20,000 nt of DNA from Ancylonema sp. (lineage: Eukaryota), in assembly GCA_050230475.1 (NCBI GenBank), contig JBFLGF010000143.1:44697-64696 (forward strand), in the 5' to 3' direction. Positions 1 through 9,040 of the stretch are shown here, in pieces. A model generated the notes under the pieces. The model searched no databases, was not told the DNA's origin, and saw nothing but the letters and a program-made list of their open reading frames with translations. Each line of letters opens with the position of its first letter. The first letter of the stretch is position 1. A program made the position numbers and the translations under genes.

Positions 1-618
1 GATGAGGGTTTGAAGGTAAGACTTTCGCTCAATAAACGTGTGCACACAAGTGTGATCGCACGTGTATGCTAGAAAAACTAGGTTGATTACACTCGGAATG
101 GGGGTTTGGTGAAATACAAGGTTGATGACACGTGCGATCGCACGTGTTACTATTCTGGATTGACAAACTTCGCTGAAAGCGTGTATCACGAATGTGATGT
201 ATGAATGTGATTTGTACAAAGGAAGAACTCACGAGGGGTTTTAACTCCGTGTTGTATTTCATATTAGGGGTTTTACTCCGACAACCTATATTCCAAAAAG
301 CACCAGTTTCCGAGGGGCGGGGTCCTTCAATAATGATGCTCTGACGGACCGACCCAGCGAGTGGCGCGTGCGTGCAGGCCTTTGTGAAGCAACGACGAAT
401 CAGATCAAAGATTCCTCCAACACCTGGCCATGTGCCTCCAGACTCTCTGGCATACTCCCGTCAACGGAAAATGAGGGACTCACAGCACTCCTTTGGCCGA
501 CCTTGGAAAAGTTACGTGTTACGCTGATACATCCATCTCCAGCAACGGCATTGCCTCAATCCTGCATTTCCCACAGTCATACATACATTCTAATTGGCTT
601 CCCATTCTAGTGCCGAAG

Positions 619-2411
619 ATGAAGGCTTTAATTCTTGTGGGTGGTTTCGGGACTCGCCTCCGTCCACTAACACTGAGCGTCCCGAAGCCGTTGGTGGACT
701 TCGCCAACAAGCCTATGATTTTGCACCAGGTGATAGCACTGATAATGCTGAATGCCGATGCTCGTAATTTTCGCAGGGCAAGTCAGGGAGTAATCTGGGA
801 GGAAATTGACGACGTCTATGGTGTGGTATTGTATTTATCATGGTTGGAAGCTGACGATCGTCTATGGTGTGGTATTGTATTTATCCTGGTTGGAAGCTGA
901 CGATCGTCATCTCGTCATAATCATCGCGTTTTCCCCAAGACCCGTCCTTTTAATTCATGCGATTACCTGGTGCCATTCTTTCATAACTTTTCGCAACCTC
1001 AGACACTGTCCTGCAATGTCATAATAAACGCCATCATTCTTTGAGGGGGAAAAATCGCCTGCTCATGTGATGTCTTCCGCTGCGCCCTTTTTCTTGTAGA
1101 TCGAGGCTCTAAAAGCCGCTGGAGTTGACGAGGTCGTCCTCGCGATCAACTACCAGCCCGAGGTGCGCCACAGTGTCGCTTGACTTACGTCCAATACCAT
1201 TATCCTTACAGTGCCGCATTTTGGCTTCCGCTTGATTTTGATTTTGAAAATTTCCCCATAAACCAGAAATATTGCCCTGGAACCTTATCTGCAAGAGGTC
1301 CTCACATCGCTCGCCCCACCTGGCTCTGTTTGGCGGCAGGTGATGTTGTCGTTTCTGAAGGAGTTCGAGTCCCGCCTGGACATCAAGATCGTGTGCTCGC
1401 AGGAGACGGAGCCCATGGGGACAGCTGGCCCCCTGGCACTGGCCAAGCACATTCTGGACGACGGCAGCGGGGACCCCTTCTTCGTGCTCAACAGCGACGT
1501 CATCAGCGAGTACCCCCTGACGGCCATGGCCGCCTTCCACACGGCCCGCGGCGCGGAAGCCACGCTGCTGGTGACGAGGGTGGAGGAGCCGTCCAAGTAC
1601 GGGGTGGTGATTCTGGAGGAGAGCAGCGGGCAGGTGCAGCGGTTTGTGGAGAAGCCGAAGATCTTTGTGGGCACCAAGATCAACGCGGGCATCTACCTCC
1701 TCTCGCCCTCCACCCTGGCGCGCATCCCGCTCAAGCCCACCAGCATCGAGACGGAGGTGTTCCCCTTCATCGCCAAGGAGGGCAAGCTGTTCGCCATGGA
1801 GCTCCCGGGGTTCTGGATGGACATCGGGCAGCCCAAGGACTTCCTCACCGGCCTCGTCCTCTACCTCGACTCCCTCCGCCACCGCTTCCCGGAGCGGCTT
1901 GCCAGCGGGGCCCACACGGTGGGGAACGTGATGATCGACGCCTCCGCCAGCGTGGGGGAGGGGTGCCTCGTCGGCCCGGACGTGTGCATCGGCCCGGGGT
2001 GCGTCATCGAAGACGGCGTGCGCCTCACGCGCTGCACCATCATGAGAGGCGTGAGGATCAAGAAACACGCGTGCGTCACGGGGAGCATCGTGGGGTGAGC
2101 CAAGGAGTGACTGCTGCCGTAGTCAGAGCCCAAACCAAAGGGTCAAAACCCCGTCCAGCACTGAGGGGTTCTCGTGGCCCCACACACTTAAGCCTCTCTA
2201 CCACCGCAACCTGCATTGAGTTTTCTGACGCAGCGAGGGGGCATGTGTTGACAGGTGGCATTCCACCATTGGCTCCTGGGTCCGCGTGGAGAACATGAGT
2301 GTGCTTGGCGAGGATGTCCACATCAGCGACGAGTTGTACGTCAACGGGGCCAAGATCCTTCCTCACAAAGAAATCAAAGTCTCCATCTTCAAACCAGAAA
2401 TCATCATGTGA
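619..2411 (+). CDS. CYT1: Mannose-1-phosphate guanylyltransferase / GDP-mannose pyrophosphorylase (361 aa, 4 coding exons)
   Basis: Exons 619-729, 1100-1162, 1340-2094, 2255-2411, all GT-AG and phase-consistent (1086 nt). Starts [37 protein letters not shown]; contains [25 protein letters not shown] and a hexapeptide beta-helix; ends [17 protein letters not shown]. Length and motifs match plant VTC1/CYT1. Confidence 0.97.
813..908. repeat. 46-bp tandem duplication inside intron 1 of the GDP-mannose pyrophosphorylase gene
   Basis: cgtctatggtgtggtattgtatttatc(a/c)tggttggaagctgacgat at 813-858 and 859-904 with one mismatch, followed by cgtc. Confidence 0.95.
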
Positions 2412-2518
2412 ACATGTGAGCCACGCCATGAAGTCGAGGAGGAGCTGTGGTTGATCCGATACATCTCTCCTTCCACTTGGAAGTCGATATACATTTTATT
2501 CATTGTGGGAGAAAATAA

Positions 2519-4328
2519 TGCCCAAACTCCCCAGATACGACCCTTTCAAAATGTCACTCACTCATTGGTAGCGGAGCTACCTTGCGTGAGTCTCCAATTT
2601 TGAGCGTAGTTTTTTCTTACGTCTTGTAGCACACAACCGTCTCGGACAGGTATGCCTCCATTAATGTACAGCTATAGCAGCATGTGGAGCAGCATAGCAG
2701 TCAGTACGAGCTTTAATTGACAACACGAATTGTCCATAGATTGCGAAAAAACATGCAAAGAGCGCTGTCATAAGCCCCGTGAGAGAATGCGGGGGACGAT
2801 CGGATGCCCTCTTTCACATTTGATGTACATGGAGAACAGCGATGGCTGTACTATTTGAAACACATCGATGTCCGCAACATTCAAATTTTATGGTTACCGC
2901 CAGCTGAGTCAACATATAAGATGCGTATCCCACACAACCCACCACACCATCGGCTTGTGGATAATAAAAACTTGCCTTCTGCCTAAAGAGTGACACGTGT
3001 TGACACATGTTGCACTTGGAGAATTCACATTCACAAGCAAAATTGTGTACTCATCTGCGCATCGATCATATCACACACATAAGTACCGCCACTCCCTCTT
3101 AAAGCTACCTTGAGACTCTAGATGGGTACTGAAATTGTGAACACAAAATAATGACCTCCTTCCAGCCGTAGGATCTGCCTCTAAACCACATAAGACCTGA
3201 ACCAAAGGAAATTTCCCGTCTTTCCAAACCGCCCTCTAACAATCACTTTAGTCCACAATCCCGGGTGAGAGAAACAGTGTGACAAACAACAGATTCGATC
3301 CAGAAAAGACACCTGTTCTTCACCTCTCACCCTCACTCTGCTTCTGTGCGGAGCGTGTGACAAGCCTCTGTGGAACCGCCACGTGTCATTCTGCCAACAA
3401 CGTCACATAGATGCCAGAGATGCCACGTGTCTTCCTCCTGGGCTGCCACCTGTCAGACAATCAGCCGTCTCGCCCAGTCCAGCGCCTTGAGCAGCACCTT
3501 CAGAGGCGGCGGCACCTTGAGGCCGTCCACCAGACTCTCTCCCGGCTTCATCACCAACACCTGTCGCCCACCCATCATTCACAACAATCATTCAGAATTA
3601 TAATAGAATTATAATAGAATTATAATAGAATTATAATAGAATTATAATAGAATTGTAATAGAATTATAATAGAATTGTAATAGAATTATAATAGAATTAT
3701 AATATAATTACAACAGAATTATTACAGAATTATTATATAATTATTATATAATATGATTATGATATGATTATAATATGATTATAATATGATTATAATATGA
3801 TTATAATATGATTATAACATAGCTTTTCACAAGACCCGTGCTCCGATTAGTGAGAGTAGCCAACCAGGCGTGAGTGCTGCCATGGGCCTCGAGTGAGTCC
3901 CTCTGTTTTTGGGATGGTGTGAACCCCAAGGAAAGCAGCACAGCAGTGGTACTCCTTGGATTGATCCACACCTTCTCCGACTTTCTCCGAAACTTCCTGT
4001 CTCCTGCCATCAACTGCCTCATCCACACCCCCCCCCCCACTCACTTCCACCTTCCTCCACCCCCACTTGTTTGCGTCTGCGTGCGAGTAGTGGTACAGAT
4101 CCAGTCTGGTGGGGCCTTGAATGGCCGACCCCCGATCCTCCACCACTCCCCAACCGTATCCGGGGATGTGCATCCGAGTTCCGAAGGGGAAGTGGCGGGT
4201 ATCAGCAGCGATGGTGCCGTGACGCGGAAAAAACCTCCACGGAAAGAGAAGTAACCTGCCGGGAATGCGCTCCACTTGCCGCAGGCTGAGAGGACTGAGG
4301 ATGGCGGGGCGAGACTGAGCCGGGTATG
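2519..4328. repeat. Tandem segmental duplication, unit 1 (3' flank plus 3' part of the 3D-domain gene, copy B)
   Basis: Colinear with 4329-6491: gaccctttcaaaatgtcac at about 2539 and 4349; caagcctctgtggaaccgccacgtgtca at 3361 and 5201; same last exon and AT-rich intron. TGCCC is present at all three boundaries (2519, 4329, 6487). Confidence 0.93.
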
Positions 4329-4333
4329 TGCCC
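3453..4333 (-). pseudogene. 5'-truncated duplicate (copy B) of the 3D-domain gene: open frame, two introns precisely absent; pseudogene or alternative 3' exon set
   Basis: The continuous segment 4333-4045 reads GTYPAQ|SRPAILSP...GYGWGV|VEDRGSAIQGPTRLDLYHYSHADANKWGWRKVE. Intron 4044-3561 (gtgagt...gacag) follows, then last exon 3560-3453 VLVMKPGESLVDGLKVPPPLKVLLKALDWARRLIV*. No in-frame ATG was seen; exons 1-2 and most of exon 3 are missing. Confidence 0.8.
3594..3817. repeat. AT-rich 11-bp minisatellite (AGAATTATAAT about 10 copies, then ATGATTATAAT variants) in the last intron of copy B
   Basis: 11-nt periodicity is directly visible at 3594-3703, followed by degenerate and variant units to about 3817. 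Confidence 0.95.
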
Positions 4334-6491
4334 AAACTAGCAAGGTATGACCCTTTCAAAATGTCACCCACTCATTGGTGGCGGAGCTACCTTGCGTGAG
4401 TCAGAAATTTTGAGCATAGTTTTTTCTTACATCTTGTAGCCCGCCACTCGGACAGTTATGCCTTCATTAGTGTAGAGCTATAGCAGTGTGTGAAGCAGTA
4501 TAGCAATAGTGTACGAGCTTTAATTGACAACACATAGCGTCCATTGTTTGCGTAAAAACATGCGAAAAGCGATGTCAGAAGCATTGTTTTGAGCATCGTA
4601 CGGGAATGCAGCAAACAGTCGGATGCCCTCTTTCACAGTTGACGTAGATGGGGAACAGCAACGGCTGTACTCGTTGTGACGAATCGATATCTGTAACATT
4701 CAAATTTTATGATTCCCGCCAGCTGAGTCAACAAATAAATGTACATCCCACACAACCCACCACACCATCGGTTTGCGCATAATAAACACTAGCCTTATGC
4801 CTTAAGAGCGACACGCGTGAACACATCTTGCACTTGGAGTATGCACATTCACAAGCATAGTGTGTCAAATCAGTGCATCGATCACACTACACACAAGTAC
4901 CGCCAGTCCCTCTTTTTGTTATCTTGAGACTCTAGATGGGTACTGCAATTGTAAAATTGCAGTACAAAATAATGACCACCATCCTCACTGACCTCCTTCC
5001 AGCCGTAGGGGCTGCCTCTATACCACATAAGGTCTGAACCAAAGAAAATTTCCGTCTTTCCAAACTGTCCTCTAACAGTCTCTCTAGTCCACAATCACAG
5101 TGTGAAAAACAACACAAACAGATTCGATCCAAAAAACGTTCTTCATTCCCATCGCCATGCACACCCTCACTCTCACTCTGCTTCTGTGCTGAACGTGTGA
5201 CAAGCCTCTGTGGAACCGCCACGTGTCAGTCTGCCAACAAGGTCACATAGATGCCACGTGTCTTCCTCCTGAACCGCTACCTGTCACACAATCAGCCGTC
5301 TCGCCCAGTCCAGCGCCTTCAGCAGCACCTTCAGAGGTGGGGGCACCATGAGGCCATCCACCAGACTCTCTCCCGGCATCATCACTAACACCTGTCGCCC
5401 ACACATGCCCAGCCATCATTGACAGTAATCATTCATAATTAGTATATAATGAGTATATAATTATAATAAAATCATAATATAGTTAGTATATTATTATAAT
5501 ATAATTATAAGGCAATTATAATATAATTAGTATATAATTATAATATAATTATAATATTGTCATAGTATAATCATAACATAATTATAATGTAATTATAATA
5601 TAACTATAACATAATTCTAATATAATCATAATGTAATTATAATATAGTTTTAACATAATTATAATACAATTACAATGTAATTATAAAATGATCATAATAT
5701 AGTTTTTCATATGAGTTGTGCTCCGATTAGTGAGAGAAGCCAAACAGGCGTCACTGCTGCCATGGGGCTTGAGTAAGTCCCTCTGTTTTGGGGATGGCGT
5801 GGCCATGAAGGAAAGCAGCACAGAAGGGGTATTCCTTGGATTGGTCCACACACCACACCTTCTCCGAAACTTCCTGTCTACTGCCATCAACTCATGCCAT
5901 GCCTCATGCCCTGCCTCATTTTCACACACCCTCCACTCACTTCGACCTTCCTCCTCCCCCATTTGTTTGCATCCGCATGCGAGTAATGATACAGATCCAG
6001 TCTGGTGGGGCCTTGTATGGCAGACCCCCGATCCTCCACCTGTCCGCAACCAGGGTGGCAGGAGATATGAGAGGTGGGGGTTGCAGGATCCGACACAATC
6101 TTCCACAACTCTCGAGAAGTAATATGTCGCACGTTTGCACTGGGGGGCCGAAAATACAAGTGTAGAGGGACTGGGGGGGTGGAGAAGGGGTGAGGGAAAG
6201 AGTGAGTGGGTGGGGAGTACCCACCACTCCCCAACCGTAGCCGGGGATGTGCATTCGAGTTCCGAAGGGGAAGTGTCGGGTATCAGCGGCTATTGTGCCG
6301 TGACGCGGCAGAAATCTCCACGGAAAGAGAAGTATTCTGCCAGGAATGCGCTCCACTTGGCGTAGGCTGAGAGGACTGAGACTGGCGGGGCGAGACTGGA
6401 GGCACCAATCGGAGAGAGAGAGGTGGAGTGAGTTGTGGTGCAGCGATGAGGAGGCGGGGTATGCGGCCTGACCTGAGCCGGGTATGTGCCC
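4329..6491. repeat. Tandem segmental duplication, unit 2 (3' flank plus 3' part of the complete 3D-domain gene, copy A)
   Basis: Homologous to 2519-4328; longer mainly because of introns 6040-6224 and 6396-6472 and small indels. Confidence 0.93.
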
Positions 6492-7213
6492 CGTGCGGTT
6501 AGTCCCTGGTAGTGGTATCCCAACAGATTGGTGTCCGTCCAATATCTGAAGGGGAAAGCAAACGTACGGCTGAGATGATGTGAGGCACTGAAAGCAGATG
6601 TGAGCAGAATAGAGAAGGAAAGAGACACGCGAATGAGTCGTGGACGGATAAGGAGTAGGGAGGATGGGTGGCTGGGTGGCTGGGTGGATGGCGGGGCAGT
6701 ACTTGGCCAGAAACGGGATGCTGGTCTTTTTCACTGCCCTTTTGCGAGAGCGGATGCGTATGGGAATGAGGGAGGGGGCGAAGCCAATGTAGAAATTTCC
6801 GGGAAGCTTCAAGCCCCACTCCCACTTGCAGCAGTGGCCGCAGCTGGGAGCGCAAAGGAGGGATATGAGGGGGGCAGAGTATGTGCGGAATCACAAGATC
6901 GTACTCTGGTGATGTCTGTTGTTTTATCGTACATTGTGTGGAGATTTTTGCTGACTGGATCAGTGGTGAAGCATGGGGTGAGATGTGAATGAGACTTTTG
7001 CGCAAAAACAAGCGGAAGAGCAGCATACTGGCAACGGCCCTGCAACTGCGTGTCAGCCTGACGTCAGCTCCAGAAATATATCACACGATTTCAGAAGTCC
7101 GATGTGGCGCATTCGTTCTATTCTGATACGTGATCTTTACAGTACTTGATGGGCACAGGTAGATTAATTTACCTGCAATACGCAGTGCATTCCAGCAAAC
7201 TCGTCGTCGGCAT
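5284..7213 (-). CDS. 3D (Asp-Asp-Asp) domain protein, MltA-like double-psi beta-barrel family, bacterial type (210 aa, 6 exons)
   Basis: Exons 7213-7173, 6843-6703, 6545-6473, 6395-6225, 6039-5941, 5391-5284, all GT-AG and phase-consistent (633 nt). Protein: MPTTSLLECTAYCSCGHCCKWEWG...YQGLTARGTYPAQ...GTIAADTRHFPFGTRMHIPGYGWGVVEDRGSAIQGPTRLDLYHYSHADANKWGRRKVEVLV...RRLIV*. It has the TAY, TAxG, IAAD, EDxG, LDL and WGRR motifs typical of 3D domains. Confidence 0.88.
5436..5700. repeat. Degenerate AT-rich low-complexity tract (TATAAT-based) in the last intron of copy A
   Basis: Nearly pure A/T with recurrent ttataat; occupies the same position as the 3594-3817 minisatellite in copy B. Confidence 0.9.
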
Positions 7214-9040
7214 TGTAGCCGACGCTTGTACACTGGTTTTAATGTGCGCACTGCACAACCGGTCATGTCACCATACACTGGAATTTGTTTAGAACGACCA
7301 CAGTACGGGCTGTCAGTCACATCGTCAGCTTTGATCCTTCCTACATTGGCACTGCATGATGTGCCACACACGTCTTGTTAAAAGCGCAATGACCACGGAA
7401 TTGGTTGCATGATAGCACTGTACGTGTCGAGCTGGAGTGTTCTACATGAACGGCCTGAGGCTCTTCCGGCTCTTTCGGCTTTTCATCAATTGTATTTTCT
7501 TGTTGCGAATTGGATGGACACACTTGTATCCAGATGACAGAAACACAAACAGACAGAGTCTGAGCAGAAGGGGCGACGCTAGTCGTTAAATCGAAGTTTG
7601 GATACATTCCGAGTCCTGCGTACTTCGTCTTAGCAATATTCCACACAACTTGGTGCAAACCAACCCCCAAATTAGTACAACACCGAACGCTCTGTGGACT
7701 GTCCGTGTTGACGATTTCACCCATGATGACGTCATAAAAGTGTTCATTCTTTACTCTGAAAGCGACAACGCCGTACTTATCTCGAATTTCGAGCGAGTGA
7801 AATTCACTTGGGTCGAGTGAAGAAAAATTTCCGAAATATTTTTGGATGCTCATGCTCTCCACGGATCTATTTAATGTCTTTCGAAGTGACCTGATAGCAT
7901 AACAGAAATCTGTCGTTCAGAAAAATGTGACTTGTACATGGACTGGCAAGGCCGAAGCCAACCATGTCAGATTTATTTTTATGCTAAATTTCTTGTTCAG
8001 AGGATGCTAACGTCGGACCCTCGATTCGCAACACAAAAAATATTACTCCATAAGGTCTATTAGTTTGCCTCGCCACAAATTGATTTCTTAAGTTTCGCTC
8101 CCCATAGAAGATTCGGAAAGTAACAACAACGCACAGCCGCTACTTGTGTTGACATAAACCAAGTAAATATTGTTATTTATGGTAGCAGAGAACATGTGTT
8201 GTGGATGATTTTTTGTGATGGTGTATTGCTGTGTCAATTGATCATCAATATATATTGCCACATGTCCACGATTCGTGTATTTACGATGAGAAGAGGTTAA
8301 ACGTCTTGTCATACTATGATATTTCGTTGCACAACGATTTTCCATGCTGATGGCACAAAATTTAACCAAGTTTGTTAAAGAAATATCAACACTTCATGTT
8401 ACTTTGCAAGGGTCACACTCCATACCATTGAGGCAGGGGATGTGTGTGAAGACCAATGGAGAATTTGTGCAGGAGCATATATGTCGTAACGATGTCTAGA
8501 GCCATTTCCATTACGATTTTTAGGACTTGTGCGATAGCAGTACGGATTCAAACATCAAATTTTTCATGTTTTACAACAAATAGTTTGTATGCTTCTACGA
8601 AAGTTTCGTGCAAAAACCTCCACTCTGGTGTATTTCCAGCTGTCGTTATTTTATGGTGACATCCTTAGTCCCTCCCCTTATGAGTGCCCCGAAGAGCATT
8701 GAAACCTTTCACTTGATGAAAGCAGAAACAAATGATGAAACAGATGTAAAGCAAACTGCAGCGCACGCACCAGTAGTGCCAAACTTTGTGCTTGTAATTC
8801 TATTCCGGCAATTTTATTTGGTCAATTCTATTATATTAGATACCCACTTATTTGGTACACCTCTTGGTCCTCCTAAATATCACTCAGTTTCATGTCACAA
8901 GTCATAACACTACACCACCAGAGCCATAAATGATCACCAGTGACTACGAAGCGCTGACATAAATCCACTTATTATACAAAGCAAAACTCAAAAATTTGTC
9001 TCCTCAGATTTAGACACGGTCTCTCCTGTTTTCTCAATCT

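Noticed and set aside
368..610. GTG-initiated 80-aa ORF ending just before the GDP-mannose pyrophosphorylase ATG, as a possible regulatory uORF
   Set aside because: Its TAG coincides with a likely 5' UTR intron acceptor (ctaat...ttctag). The known ascorbate-sensing uORF belongs to GGP/VTC2, not this gene, and I see no supporting similarity.
1109..2298. Long ORFs 1109-2068 (-, 319 aa) and 1180-2298 (+, 372 aa)
   Set aside because: Shadow frames of the very GC3-rich exon 3 of the GDP-mannose pyrophosphorylase gene; biased composition and no motifs.
5937..6812. 291-aa ORF treated as a single-exon protein
   Set aside because: It reads through introns. The spliced model gives coherent 3D motifs, and two of its junctions are independently confirmed by copy B.
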